Of a stretch of DNA of 64,000 bases, positions 1 through 19,688 are shown piece by piece (position 1 is the stretch's first letter; every line of letters begins with the position of its first letter). A program made the position numbers and the translations under genes. The notes under the pieces were generated by a model that was not told the DNA's origin, ran no database searches, and saw only the letters and a program-made list of their open reading frames with translations. This DNA is from Balanoglossus misakiensis (Eukaryota > Animalia > Hemichordata). Location: positions 4,157,737 through 4,221,736 of the forward strand of contig CM082598.2 of NCBI GenBank assembly GCA_040954595.2, read 5' to 3'.

Positions 1-1469
1 GATGTACGAACGAGTCAAGAAGCGGGCCAAGTCACCACCTCCACCGCCGAGGGCAGAAGTCTCCTTCAAAGATTGTAAGTTCCGCAGACTTGCATTTATT
101 ATGTACACAGCAAAAGACACAGACCCGCCTATACCACATGGCTGGTAAAGGGACTGCGTTTAGGGCCTGTATAGTTACTAAGACGTCCTTTGTTCCTTTC
201 CAGATGGCTGGCTGGCACAGTTCTGCATTCTGAAGACGGAAAAGGTTGAAATGTACAGGAGAGCATTTGAAGCAGTGAGTTCTTTTATTTTAATACCCAT
301 ATATATGTATGACACCTTTGCCATGGAATGCTCCAGTGTTTTCTGTGGTGACATTGAACCCGTGGAAAATGATATTTTTGATGGGAAAATCTCTTGGAAA
401 ATTTGGAACGTCTTGGAATGAGTAATCCAGGTGTTTTCTAATCATTTTCGTTTGCTGCAATAGACTCAGATTTTTGTTGTTGTTTTCACAAGGTTGATGA
501 AGATGAGGATGGCTACCTGGATTGTTTTCAAACCATTCTGGCACTCAAGGGAATCGCTGGGGCCAACAATCTGACAGAAACAGAAGAAGAGTACATATAC
601 AGGGTGAGTCGCCCTTTCCTTACCCCCTCACCACTATGGTTTGGTCCAAATCCATTGTTTTCTGCTGTAAAGTCAGACTTCTACAGAGGGAATTGGGGGT
701 GAAAGTGTTAAAGTCATTTTACAGGTACTGCATTCATTCTGTTCTGTGCTTTTTGTAGATAATGGAGATGACAGACTACAGGATCATTGATGGAACTGAC
801 TTCCGGTTGTTTGCCATCGTGGCGGCACTTTCACAGAGGATAGCAAGATTAGAGTGAGTACACACCCTTTCACCATCAAATTTGGTTTCAACCTCTCATG
901 CACAAATTGGTTTCCGGGTTGATCTACTCAAAGAAAGGGGTGAAAGCCTCACATATGGGAAACATGGTACGTGACCTGGCTGAAATTTCCATTGTTATGT
1001 TTTTGTTGGAAATTTTCATTGTAGCATATTGTATCCTTGTTTTTGTTTCTTTCAGTGGATGGATGAAAAATATAATAAATCGGTTTGATTTCAAGATGCT
1101 GGATATGAAGATATTCAAAGCAAAGGTGAGCATGACGTACACAGAACTAATTTCTGATTACACCTTATATAAAAATTGAGGTGGTATTTCATAGCCACAA
1201 ATGCTTTGAAACCGTCATTGTTTCATTTCTTCCCACAGGATCTGTTTTTATGGAACGTGGACCAAAACACGAACAAGATCTCCATACAGCAACTGATGAT
1301 CGAACTGAAAGCGGGCGGGGTCAGCGAAGAGCACCAGGAAGAAGTTCAGGTGAAGTTGGGCCACTTGGGGGCGCTCGACTTGTTGGACTTCATGACCTAT
1401 GTCCCGCTGTTCATCATGTTGCACGAGTCTGTGGTGAACAACCCGCTGGATGACTCAAGAGACAAGTAG
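1..1469 (+). CDS. 3' portion of a multi-exon gene encoding an uncharacterised EF-hand-containing protein (5' end outside window)
   Basis: GT-AG exons 1-74, 204-274, 493-603, 759-853, 1056-1125 and 1239-1469 join in one frame: ...YGWLAQFCILKTEKVEMYRRAFEAVDEDEDGYLDCFQTILALKG...DLLDFMTYVPLFIMLHESVVNNPLDDSRDK*. An EF-hand-like loop DEDEDGYLD follows an 'AFEAVD' helix. Confidence 0.8.
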
Positions 1470-4400
1470 TGACACCCCCTGGAATGAAATGATGTGACTT
1501 GTACCTCAGGATGGCAAACCTTTCTGGATAGTGTGGGATTGATTCTCTGCCGGAGCATGAACCAGTTTAGTAGTGACACCCCCTGTCTGCAGGCGATGGT
1601 TATCTGGCACAAAAAGGCAAAAGTGCTTATACTTGCAGTACGTGACTCCAAAAAGTGAATTTTGGAAGTCTGATATTGTGAATGGTCCTGATATGTTTAA
1701 AACAACGAATGTCCAGTATTTGCTGGTTTGCAAATTGCATTTGTGTCAGGGTTTCGGAAATAGTGGCTGTCATTGTGCTGTATGACTCTGTAAACTTCGA
1801 TTTTGACTTGAGACAATCGGTTACTACTTCAAAACTTAAAGTGGATGTTAGTGAGAGATTCAGTCGGGTAACTGCGAAGAAAACCAAAGCCATACCTTCA
1901 TTAATACAAGATTTTTCTCTCTCCATCGAATGTACATGTATTGTGGTGTAGACTATGATCTCAATCTTTTTCCGTTTTCATGATTTGAGCTTCACCAGTG
2001 GAGAGGATGTTGAGACAACAGGAATATTCAATGTATCTAAGCAACTGTCGAAATTATTTTGTCAGTTTACTGTAATCACAGTAATTGTTCAACCACAAAC
2101 TGAAACCATCCAAGTGCTAGGATTTACATCAAGAAATTTCCAACAACTCAAAGACTTTATTAATAGAGATGGAATGAGTGCTACCTCAAAGGGATAAGTG
2201 ACTTCATATTCTTGTGTGTTTCAGTCATTTCGACAAGCTGAGGATCGATAGACCACTTTTCACTCCATCCTGAAGTCTTTTTCAAAATTTTTAAGTCTGG
2301 TTGAACAATTACAGTGATTACGGTAGATGGGAGGGTTAATCTTTTCTGAGAAGTTTACATAAGCTACTTAACCAACTTCAGCCAAAAATTCAGAAAAAAA
2401 GTGTACATAGATATTTTTCATAGATTCATAGATATTCTCATTCCAGTTCTGATTGTCAACTATGCAGTTAGGTGTTAGGACCACAACAACAATTACGAAA
2501 GAAATACCGTCCATACTTTAAATGTCCTGAAATTATAAATTTGACAATCAAAGATTTTGCTAGAATCTATCAGTTTTAAACGCAGAAAATTGCACAGAGA
2601 ATTTATAGCAATATGTAAAGAATAATGTAACATTAATGATTATCATGATAATTTTGCTGTTAGTTGCTAGAATTTACGAAAATGTCTGACCTTCATCTGA
2701 AAAGTGACTATACCTGTTTTTGATACCCATCAGGGCTAGGGTTTATAATTCCTTGGAAAGTTGTAGACAATTCTGGGAAAATTGAATTTACTCCAGGAAA
2801 ATCTGGAAAATGATTTTCCAAGGGCATTTTCAGAAGTTCTGGGTATGCAGTTCATGTAGTGTATATTTTTAGTCGTACGAAAACTAATGTGCAAAATGAT
2901 CAGTCTTTCAAATTTGATTAAGTAAGATTTTTATGTACATTTGGTGGAAATCATGGCTGCCATGATGGATTGTAAGTGCCGTTGTACAGCACTGGGCATA
3001 TAGCATCAATTTAGCTACTTTTATGTTATTTTTTAGTGTATTTATGAACTTGAAATCATTGTAGACACCATGCAAATCACCACAAAGAAATTTCTTTACA
3101 AGTTATTTGATCAAAATGGTATTTTTTCAGTGTGTTTGTCATCACTTATTGTCACAAATCAAGGGTCAGTTGGAATGCAAAAAAGTTGGATTATGAAATA
3201 ATGAGTGTTTCATCTAGACTGGGGGTGGGGGTGGGCTGACTCACCCCTTGATGACATGTTGGCACTCCCTAGGAATTTGTGAACGGGCAACCAGCTGCAA
3301 AAATGATATCACCCACACATTGGAGATATTTCAACCCTCTTTGTCAGTGGATTTCCACAGATATATTCTGGGGAAGGGTACACTACCACTGGTTGATACC
3401 ATTCTGGATCGAACATGGATGAAATCTCTCAAAATAGGATGAAAATGATTTGCTAGATACACTAAGTTTAAAGGTAGGGTGTAAACTGTATAAGATTCAA
3501 ATCTGATTTGTTACACTCCAATCAACCAGGTCTCTCTGAACGTGGCCACCTAAATTGACTGTGACATGTACACATGACACATTCCAATATGAATTTTAAA
3601 ATTATTATATTTTTCAATGATTTGGGACAATTTTTTTTAGTTATGCACTGTGATTTTGTATCAGTTGTAATGTATATCACATCTCAAAAAAGTACTAAAA
3701 AATGTATCTTCACCCTGCATTTTTTTCACAGATTTTACAAGTAATATTATAATCACTGTATATACTAAATCACGTTATCTAGCAATTGGCTAGTGTCAAG
3801 TGCAATTATAGTAAATTTGCATTTATATTATTATGTACATATCACTTTTTTGTATTAAATGTAATGCAGCTCCAGAAATTGATGTCTCTTGAGATAGGGA
3901 TTTATCAACTTTGGTATCTGATACAATTTCATCTTTGGGGTAACAAAAAACAACAACACATCACGTATACATGGTAGTCCTTTTATTATATTATTGCTTT
4001 TTAAATATTCTTTGAAATACTACATGTAATATGGCAGAAATTCCTGACATAAATAAGACATTGTCACAAGATAATATATTTGTACAATGTACCAACTTTG
4101 ACGTAGTAACGTACCAGTATACAATATCAACGCAAAATATGTAACAATATATACAAGGTATATTTGGGCTGATACGGTCGTCTAGTCTACGAAAGTACAG
4201 AATTACTTCCAATGAATTTATTATCAAACATGTTGTGAACATACAGACCCATACAATATGTCCACTCTAAAAGCGTCATTGCTGGGTTTGTCGCTAAACG
4301 GCAAAACCGGTCTCCACCAACTATCCACTGTTCTTTCTGGTTTCTTTCTGACCAGTGGGAAATGTCCAAGTAACAAGCAGAACAAGGGAACACGATATTA

Positions 4401-4522
4401 AGTCTAAGCAAACTGCCTGCCATAATTTGCTGCCTTGGCTAGTTACATGCGACTGCTCCTTTTAAAGACACAAGAACAGCCCTTGAACTAAAGCATGGCT
4501 TTTGAAGACAACAGAAAACTCT

Positions 4523-5750
4523 TCAACTGAGCATGGCGTGTCTGTCGAAGACATTTCTCTTCTGCTCCTGCACTTGGTGTTTCCAGCGCTGCTGGGCTGA
4601 TCCGACACGCGAGAAGTAACTTCCGGACCGTCGCCTTGGAGTGAGTGTGGATATCTCCTACAAACGGGAAAATGAGAACATGGATATTTCACTCAGGAAC
4701 TGAATAGGCTTACGATTTTTCCCCAGACCGCCCGGTAGGCTTTTATGATACTATAACTTCTTCTTACGAAAATTGCACAGTAACAGCTACACTTTAAACG
4801 TCCGATCACGTAAAAAATAATGTACCCCGTTGAAAATGAACCCCGCAAGTACACTGCAACCTACCTCTGGTTCTTCCTGCAATGGCTGGGATTTCGGGAA
4901 GCCTCTCTTTTTACACAACCATGGGTCAATAGCCAGCAGGTACACCATGTATACAAACAACACGGCTATCAAGGTCACCACAAATATCACCATGACCTTG
5001 GATAGAAAATAAGTGCATGAAATCAGAGAAACAAATTTATGTTTTATTCAAGACATATATTGTCCTTTCTCCTAATGCATGAATATTGCAAGAAATGAGT
5101 GAATATTCACCTTTATCGTTGTCGTGTTTCTAATCTCATACCGGCATTCACACAACAGGCAGAACTTTTCTTCTCTTTGCACGATGTGTGCGCACGTGCT
5201 TAAAGTTGAAAAGAAATCAGACATGAGTTGGCATGGCAACATCTCAAAGATAAACTGTTTCTATGCCATGCTCTAGTTATGTTTAAAAGAAAAAGATCTA
5301 CAACGGTGGGACTTAGGATAAGTTAAGTTCAGAAATGATGGGGAGAGCAGTGTGTCATCAAGATGGGGCCCAGGGAATAGTCACCCCCTGGATGACATAT
5401 CACCCCCCCCCCCCCCCCAGTTGATGCAAAACAAACTCACCACTGTTCCGCCATAACATTCCTTATATAGATACTACGCGTCTGATTGTTGTCAGGGTCT
5501 GTGGGACACACACATTTACACCTTGCATCGTCGAACTGGGCCTGGAAGGAGAAAAATTCATATGATCCATTGCAAATTGTGAAAAGGGCAAAATTGCAAA
5601 CCGGAAGTAACCATATCCGTTTTGCTTTGTAGACGCGTTTTTCGAACCACACATAGAGGCACGACAACTGATCCTTACCTGGACGCAAACCGATGCCACT
5701 CCCACGAACAGCAATGTGTAGAATACAAGGTTTTCACGACAGGAAGCCAT
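4523..5750 (-). CDS. TMEM9: Transmembrane protein 9 family (TMEM9/TMEM9B), 5 coding exons
   Basis: Minus-strand exons 5750-5679, 5541-5441, 5198-5111, 4996-4865 and 4657-4523, all GT-AG. They give a signal peptide, FDDARCKCVCP, C.C.HIV...FCLLCECRYEIRNTTTIKV, a TM (VMVIFVVTLIAVLFVYMVYLLAIDPWL) and the family C-terminus QQRWKHQVQEQKRNVFDRHAMLS*. Confidence 0.95.
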
Positions 5751-6433
5751 GGTTTATGTGAGACAAAAATTCTCAAGAGTTAATCAGATTACGATAGTCG
5801 CCATTTTGTTCATTCCGTGGTGCGATTCGGTCGCATGAGGGCGCACGGTGAGCCAAGCCAAGGACGCAGCTGGCGTCAATGAAATTGGGCTTCTTTTGTT
5901 TTTAGGTCCTATTTGGTATGCATATATTTACGTACCATGGGACCTTATGGAATCCGTTGCGTCTGTAAGTTTTTGTGTGCGTTACGATGTCCTCGTGTTC
6001 AATGGTTCATTGACCAGGTGGACCCCACTTTCATTCTGCGTGACCAGGTGTTAATGAATTATGTATTCTTGGTCGTATAAAAGACTACATTGCTATTCTT
6101 TACTATCAATCTAGTGATCTGGCCATGTGACCCACGGCGTTGTCATTTTCAGGTGACGGGCACGCAATATTTCGACATCCAGTAAAACTTTTCCCAGTAC
6201 GCGCAAAAATCATTTTTCTAAAGCCGTATCTCATGCAAGGGCGTCATCTTGCAGATGACGTTATGTGTGTCCCCAGGAACGCCAAATAAAGTTGTCATAT
6301 GTACAAATTTCTCATTTTCCTCCAACGCGATAAACGAGATTAAGAAATTATCAACCGGCTTATCATGTAATTTAGCTCTTATCCTCCAACGAAGATTATT
6401 TCTAAGACTTTCAGACGAAATGTTTTAGTGGTG

Positions 6434-6515
6434 TGACGTCAGACACAAACGATATTGATCAATGTATGTGTGCCTAGGGGGTCTTTCATGTGAACGACCG
6501 AGATTTGGGTATAAA
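6434..6515 (+). promoter_or_regulatory. Candidate core promoter of Dkk3-like A: palindromic CRE (TGACGTCA, 6434-6441) and TATAAA (6510-6515)
   Basis: Exact motifs ~90-170 nt upstream of ATG 6605, in the 855-bp interval shared head-to-head with TMEM9. Confidence 0.45.
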
Positions 6516-6604
6516 GTTGTTGTTTGGCAACAGGTGGTGTTAAGTCGGATAACAGGCGAGCACGCAATATTATTCTCTCCTCTTTTGCCACCAGCCTTCA
6601 AAAA

Positions 6605-11695
<5,091 letters not shown>

Positions 11696-12937
11696 ACTCT
11701 AGTCTCATGTGCAAACTGTTTCGATGGATACACCTTTTCACAAGTCTAGCGCCAACGAAACTTTTCCCTATTGGATTCGTTTTGAGTTAAAAATCATCAT
11801 GGGTGTGTAAGGGCGCTAGACTTACGAAAATGTTTTATTGGTAAACATTAGCGGTTTTTAAAACGTCCCTTCACCTTTTAAATTTTAGGCGAGACTTTGT
11901 CGTTCATATTAGGTAATCACTTGTGATATATGTAGACCGATTAGAACACATCAAACCAATCTTCATTTACGATTTTGCATTTCAAGTTCTTCTGTCTCAA
12001 GTTGGGGACCTTTTTGAAATTTTTATCGTGATTTCGTTTTCACTTGCTTGTTGTTGTTTTGTCTAACGTTGAAAATCAGAAATCAGAATCATTTTGCCAT
12101 GGTAACTGTAGCTAAATTTGCACTATTTACACAGCAATATCGTAGGTGCATAATTATGCAAATTAAGCATTGCTTGTTTGACAGGCCTTTAACCTCCAGG
12201 GTATATGCCATGCCACCATTTTGTTCATGTTGCTATTTATCGACCCTGTTAAACTATGAGTCAGCTATAAACCAGGTGGACGTTAAATATAGAAACAATT
12301 ATTGGTCTTGTGTACCCAGGTCTTTCGAATAATAAAGATCATTCCAGAATGGGCTTTATAATTGGAACACCCGGTCATTGCATTTTTGTCTGCCTTTAAA
12401 GCCATAATAGCTGCCATTTCTATTATATTTTAATCGATGACGTATTTCAATTTTCTCCTAATCCGTATTTGACAAATGACAGTATTTGGATTCTGTGGGG
12501 ATTTAATGCCCATGTGTTCATACCACAATAGCTGTGTACTCTTACAATGGGCAGTATAATAAACGGGTGCGCTCCCGTGCAAGAAAACACTGAAAAAATA
12601 ACCAAACTTTGGAGTTATTGTGGATTTAATAGCTTTTCGTACAGTGTAATGCCAGAGATCATTCCAGATGCAACTTGCGGCAGAATCACTGTGCTAGGGG
12701 ACCCGTGCCCATATTTTATCTGTCCTTGTTTGTTTTCTGCATCAGTGCAATAACCATTTGAGAATTTGCTTGGAATCGGAAGGCCAGGGGGTCTACTCTG
12801 GTATAGTTATAAAACCGTGTAGAAAAACGCGAACGACATACGGCCAACCCAATTTAGACGTACGAGCTAGGTTACGACTGTTGCAGCTGCGGTTTAGGGA
12901 ATTTAGGGTACAAGTAAAAATAAAAGAATACCACGAA

Positions 12938-15727
12938 ATGCGAGCACTGCTCCTCGGTCTGTGCACACTTGCACTCGTTGTATCTGGATACGGAAGATAT
13001 GGGGGATTTGCTCCGACCATGATGGGATCGTTGGAATCTCTGTTTGGTAGGATAGACAGGGTGATAAGCAGTGATGACGGTAAGCGGGAATTTATTACGA
13101 AAATTGGAAATTTAATACTTTTATTTTAATTATGGAATTTAGAATATCGGAGTTATCTTTATCAGACTGCGACTGTTTGGTGAGAAAATAAATTTGAATC
13201 GTCATCTTCATAATTTAATAGTTCTTGAGGCTGATAACAAGCTGTATTTCAAACCTCGACTTCGCAGATTCTGAAGGAAGACTGGCAGAGTTTGCTTCCC
13301 TGCCAGCAAACTACACGAACACGTCATCAGTGGTTGAACATATCAACAACACAACGATAGTCATGAACACAACAATAGTGAAGTTGACCATAAACAACTC
13401 TACACTCGTGGTTGTCCTGAAGTCCAAGGAAGTGTCTGGCCCAAGTCAATCGGTAAGAAAGGTCAGCTGAAATTGAGGACTGTTCTTAATAATAGGTTGC
13501 CACTTCTAATACAAAGTAACAACCACATTGTTTGCAATGATGTACTTTGTAGTAGTTACACTACAGTGTAATACAAAGTAACAACCGCATAGTTTGCAAT
13601 GATGTACATTGTAGCAGTTACACTACAGTGTAATACAAAGTAACAACTACATTGTTTGCAATGATATACTTTGTAGCAGTTACAATACAGTGTAATACAA
13701 AGTAACAACCACATTGTTTGAAATGATGTATATTGTAGCAGTTACACTCTATGTCTAGACTTTAAGCAGCTGTGTGTCGTATGCGACCCATACCCGCAGA
13801 CGGGACAACACCCACCCTTTATACAACATGTAAGATTGAAGTCGCTATATTAGCATTAGACACGCTAATGCATATCAGAGGACACTATTTAATAACCACT
13901 ATTAAACAAGACAGACATTATTATCGTGATAATGAGCCATAATTGAAACACAGCATGACGTATGTAATTTGAAATATTAAACATCTTGAACATCAGGTCA
14001 CATGTCTCAAAAAGTTGCAGGTACGATGTCCTCTATTTATATATTAATCGACAAGGAATTGAAAATCTGCCTTTCATGTCCATTTATAGCCCATGAAAGA
14101 ACAAATAGACGGGGAATATAATATTGAAATATCCGAAATTGTGCGGGTTGTAGTAGGATTGGAGCCCTATTGGAATTGTGGCGCATATTCTCTATCAGTA
14201 AAAATAGAATGGCCTTAATTATAGAAATCAAACAGAGATCTATCAAAAAGTAATTACACAGTCATCTACTAAACGAGTACCACTACAAAAGCTTAAATAT
14301 TTTTTATTTGATTGTCAACAAGGCGTGTTGTCACATATCATGCTTTGTAAGTCATTTCATCGTGGTGTACCTCTTCATCTTGTATATGCCTAAAATAGAT
14401 CACTGGCAAATGTAAATGTTGGAACGGTATAACACATATGAATTCTATCGGAGATAAAACTTGTTTGAAATCAAAACAGCACACATTTCTACTATCTGTA
14501 AATAGACTGGTATCTTGCAGTTATTTTAGTGTTTTTCTTTAATTTTTATTTCGAGTGAGGACTTTGCTATGTGGAATGGTCAGTGTGCATATAAAACTGC
14601 GGTTAAATTGAGTTGCTCCTGGGACTATTTGTAATCAGTCTTCCATTTGTTGGCATATATAAGTTATTGTGAAAGTTCTTTTGTTTTCTTTCTCTTGTCA
14701 GCTGTACTGCGACTCGGACGCTGATTGCGCAGACGACGAATTCTGCGATAGAGGATTTCTGTTCTTCATGAACAAATGCCAGACATGCACACCAGAGGGC
14801 GGATACTGTACGAGCAACCAGGAATGTTGCAACAACCAATCCTGTGTTCTGGGAGAGTGCATGGACGCCCTCTATGGCAGCGAGGGAATGCTGTGTGCAT
14901 CTTCTGACGACTGCAGCGAAGATCTCTGTTGTGCGTTTAGTTACAGTAAGTGGTTTGAAAATGTCTTTATATGGTAGTATTTTCTTTTTCGGGCCCAGAA
15001 ATAGGGGCCGGTGTATGAAAGAAACCGTATAATCCAAATTGCTGAGAAACTCACTTCATATTGCGCCACTTGTACGTCGTGGACACGTGTATATCTTTCA
15101 TACATGATACATGTACGTCTCTCAACAGGGCTTGGTCAGAAAGTTTGTAAGCCACTCGCCAGGGAAGGAGAAGCGTGCCACAGAGGGCGCACCTCTGTGT
15201 TGGACTTCGGCAACTTGTTCGGTTTGCCTTCCAGATCTTGTCCCTGCATCGGTGGTCTGCAATGCAGGTCAGCGGGCGGGTGAGTACAATGTATATGTAG
15301 CTTTGCACATGTTGCTATGACAATACGCGCAGCGCCAATATTTTAATATGGCACCTTTTAATTGCACAACGAAAATTAAAACGCTGGTACCTAATCACCA
15401 GAAATTCACGTGACACTATAAGATTATTGAAACATTGTGTGATATTCTTTTCATTTTCAGTCAGTTTCATTTTAATTTTTGTCTGTCTGTCTGTCTGTCT
15501 GTATGCCTGTCTGTCTGTGTAATGGATTCGTCTTATGAGAGACTGAGGTATTACAGCCAGCTAGACCAAATGATGTATGACAAAGACTAAAATAACATAA
15601 CTAAAAAATCTTGTACTGTACATATATTCACAGGTTTTTCAGTTTCTTCAGATCGCCAGTTTGTGTTGCTGAATATTGGGGCGACGGTAGCCTTCAGCTG
15701 ATGAGGGCCTACAAGTCCAGACCATAG
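12938..15727 (+). CDS. DKK3: Dickkopf-3-like secreted protein B (~271 aa), tandem paralogue of A without the long tail
   Basis: TATAAAA at 12808. Exons 12938-13079, 13268-13452, 14702-14945, 15129-15279 and 15634-15727 total 816 nt. Signal peptide MRALLLGLCTLALVVSG. Soggy-like LPANYTNTSS...TIVKLTINNST. CRD1 CDSDADCADDEFC...CTSNQECCNNQSCVLGEC. CRD2 GSEGMLCASSDDCSEDLCCAF...CKPLAREGEAC...CPCIGGLQC. AATAAA at 15867. Intron phases 1,0,1,2 as in copy A. Confidence 0.9.
13507..13748. repeat. 62-bp minisatellite, ~4 copies, intron 2 of Dkk3-like B
   Basis: Unit TAATACAAAGTAACAACCACATTGTTTGCAATGATGTAC... starts at 13507, 13569, 13631 and 13693. Confidence 0.9.
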
Positions 15728-18700
15728 CATCTGCAAGCAAAGCAGTCCGCATAGTGCATGTTTAATAGAGAACCTGCTGAAGACCTGCTCACTCTAAGAT
15801 GAGTAAACCAGATCTAGACTTGAGGATTATTTCTTGATTTATTTTATTCTGGCATGACTGAATGCAAATAAATAACATCTGTAATGCATTCTGTCTGTTT
15901 CACAATGGCGGATCTTGTAGGTAACTTTGAATGATGCATGGTCGTGAACATAAGGTTACTGAAGGTTCAAGAAAGTGATCTGTTTCTGAGCTGTTTCCCC
16001 AGGTAGGCCCAAAAAAAGTCTCTTTCGAAATTTGACTTCAATTCGTTGACGTCACCACCAATTAGTTAGCCGGTAGACAAGTTTGTCAGTCACCGACAAT
16101 TTTTTTGCAAGAAACCACTCAAGGTAGCCACGTCGCTACTAACCACCTGCCGCGGAAGTTCCTCGCGGGAAAAACGCACTCCGTTAATGGAAATTCCTTC
16201 AAAACAAAAATAGACAACAACGAGAAATGGTTGAAGCAAATGGCCACTTTAACTCCTTAATATCCGTTTCTCGTCCGTCACCCATGGAAACGACACCCGC
16301 AACAGGACACGCGCGTCAAAGAGTTTTCACTTTTTTTGCTGTAAGCACTAGTATTTAATTAACGGATCTCGGCGTCCAGTTCCTGTCTTGAAACCAACTT
16401 TCTTGGGGTGATTTTTTTTCAAAAATAATAAATCTCATCGTGTGATACGCCAGTTTCTTATCACGGAGATGGCGTAATTTTAAAATTGCTGGCAGCAATA
16501 TGTAGTTCCGAACGTTTGGGAATTTTTGTACGCGTTTCGGCATAACAGTCAGACGTTTAGCCTTTGAACATGGGCGCTCAGGCCCTTGACAACAAATCAA
16601 CGCGAGCGATTAATTAATGATTCACGTTCAAGCATTGTAATATTATCGATTTTCTTGTTTTGACTTATACGCATTTTGTCATGCTAACCTGTGTCTCTGT
16701 GTGTTGACCTATTCCCCTTACCTCAAAGTGGGGCTACGGTTGCCATGACTGCCACAATCAGTCAGTTTTCGTGCGCGTGCGGGGTTTATCTTAAATATCT
16801 CAGCGATGGTGTCGTAAACGGTCAACGCGATATTATCTTCGTACCAGTTGGGGGTTTGCTGAGATCGAGGAACGACCCATGTGTCGCCAACTCTTGTAGT
16901 CCGCGATGTAGGCATTCGCCACAACAAAGAACGGTGAGTAGTTTCCAAATATTGACTCAACTTTGTCCGCGTTGATTTGAGTCTACTAGATAAGGCGAGT
17001 TCGGATATTGGCTGGATTCGTAAACGAAACGAAATTGTAAATGGATTTAAGATCGTCTTCCACCGTACGCCATTACGCCATATTGCCCCTGCAATAGACT
17101 GGCATAAATCGATAAAAACTACAGAATTTCATAACATGAGACTTGTAGGCCTAAACGAATTATATCTCAGAAAATCTCAGTTTTATGCGAAAAAAAGCCC
17201 CGAAGAAGTCATTCCATTAATATCTGACACTTGTTAAAGAAAACAAAATTAAGCAACAAACGGGTAGTTTTCGTGTTTTTATTGACGCCTTGTTTGCACC
17301 GATCAATAAAATAGTTTAAGTGTGTATGGGACTTAATCAATCAGCTTATAGGGTCTTGGCGTTTGGACTCTTGTATGGACTTTTATAGACTAAAAGATAA
17401 AACGTCGCACTTTATCGATTTTATGACCACTGGCATGTCAGAGCAACTTAACTGTTTGCCTAACTGTTCCAAAGTTTATTTTTGGATTGGGTGAGAAATG
17501 TCAATCGGGAGTGTTGAGTACATAATCTTTCTGTTTGGATATCTACATATGCCGTTGGTTTCTTACTCGTTTGTCTACATACCGGTCGGTCCGTCTGTGT
17601 GTGTGTGTGTGTCTGTGTGTATGTGTGTGTGCGTGCGCGTGTCCACAGTGTATACTGCAAATCTTCATGCCCTCATATGTACAGTCAGCATATCTATCGA
17701 TTAATCTTTCATCTGTTTTGGCAGCAAAGTTTTTATTTGGTCGGCATTCTCTATGAGACTCATTGTTTGCTATTTCGGGTCAAAAGGTCTTCTTGATAAT
17801 TGTCAAATAAATTCAATAAAAAACTCATTTATCAGTCTGCATTTCTGTCGTTACCTGTCTCGCTAAATTATACTCCTATTACTAAACCATCACCGTTAAT
17901 GTTTAGCGGAATGGGTCGTCCACATATTTGAAAATGGCGGGGTCATAATTTCTCGACGGGCCCACAGGTGTCATCGCACGGCCAACTCATAAAACCACTG
18001 TTATTATTACAAGTACATGTATATGTGCAGAATTTAGCATATATATGATTTATGTTTATAAATTTATTTACTGTACTTAAAATAACGTTTGATTTTAATG
18101 TGGACATTGGTTCAAAATACTGTCTGCAATAGGGAGGCGTCTAAAATGCCTAAATTCCGTGGCAGAACCGAACCTAATCTAAAACGTGGAGTTGAATGAG
18201 CTTATTGAGTGTATGGCGCGAGTAACATAAAACTAGTGCAAAATGGCGTGTTGTAATGGCAGACGATTGTAGCAATTATGGCGGGAAATCCGACCTGACG
18301 ACCACATTTTGTCGTCTTTGTTGGGCGAGGTACTCATTGTTTCCCGCGTTGAAAGACACTGCCGCGTGTGTTATGGCCGCAAAGTTTACACACAGCGTCA
18401 ACTACTCACAGAGTTTGCACATTTGCTACCGACGCACTCAAACAAGCATTAGCTCTAAGTGCTGTGTTATATATTTTCTATTTGATGTGCACTTGTCTGG
18501 CGGGAGGACAATATTTTGCAACACCGTTGTGCGGCCGATGTTGACGCGCTTCTATTTACGTTGTCTTGGAAACACCCGTCGCGCTAATATGTGTTCCGGT
18601 CGTGTGACAGATTATGAAGAAAACAGATATCTACGGTTAAAGTTTTAAGCCCTGTACCCTGACACTCGATAGAAATTTTGATAAAAATGACATGGTGAGA

Positions 18701-19688
18701 TTTGATAATTATTGGTTTAGTATTGCCTAAGTTAGGGGTACCGATGACGCAAACGGTTCCGATACAGAAGATTGTATTTACCGAATGCACCTGCCATTTT
18801 CTGTTTGGCTTCAGTGGAGCTTTACCACGCCAAGAGAGGTGCGGTGAGTAAAAAAAGTATTCATTTACCACCAGTCCTAGTTGCGTTCAAAAATCACTAA
18901 AAAATCTTCGTCGAACAGAGGATATCAACATTTTAACGCACATGCTGTATGGCAACGCTCTGCAATGAACTTCTCCGATGTTGACAAAACGGTAAGGTTC
19001 GAAAAGCTCTTCTGTGCTAACTGTTCCATTCATACTAGCATAGTGGGTGGCTAAAATAAACATTAATTTCTGGAATTACAGACGCCAATGTTTAAAGAAC
19101 TGAAGTCCTTATGCAAAGATTGATATGATTATCTCGGTCTGACCACTTCTTCGGTTGAGAATCAATAGAGTAATGTACGTGTGAGGCAGAATGTTTTATG
19201 ATTACGGGTGCATCTGTAAGACTACTGTCAGTATAAAATACCGCGAAATCTAAACAACAGGCGTGAATTATATGAAGGGTTTCACACGAAGTGTCATTCT
19301 TTGTAAATATCCTGTCGGTGTTACTATCCATTAGGATACGAGTACTTGTAAGTGGCTTAGAACAGTCTTTTACGAATAAATTTCGTGGATAATGGGCATG
19401 TTTTAATTACTAGTATCCTCCCCAAGTCTATCTACCATCATGTTATAGTTTTCCTATTTTACTGTTTTTCCTTTTTTTCTGTAGGGGCTTTGACTCACAC
19501 TCCAAGGACTTGACCAAACCACAGCTAATTCATTAGGTTTTGGAATCATAGCGAAGCTTTGGTGAAGTGACAAGAGAGAACATCTCTCCAATAATTTCGT
19601 CGTGGGAAAGAGCTAGTGAGAAGCTGATGACCAATACACCTGTTTACTGCACGTCACGTGATCTTCTGAGCATTTTGTAAGATTCAAC

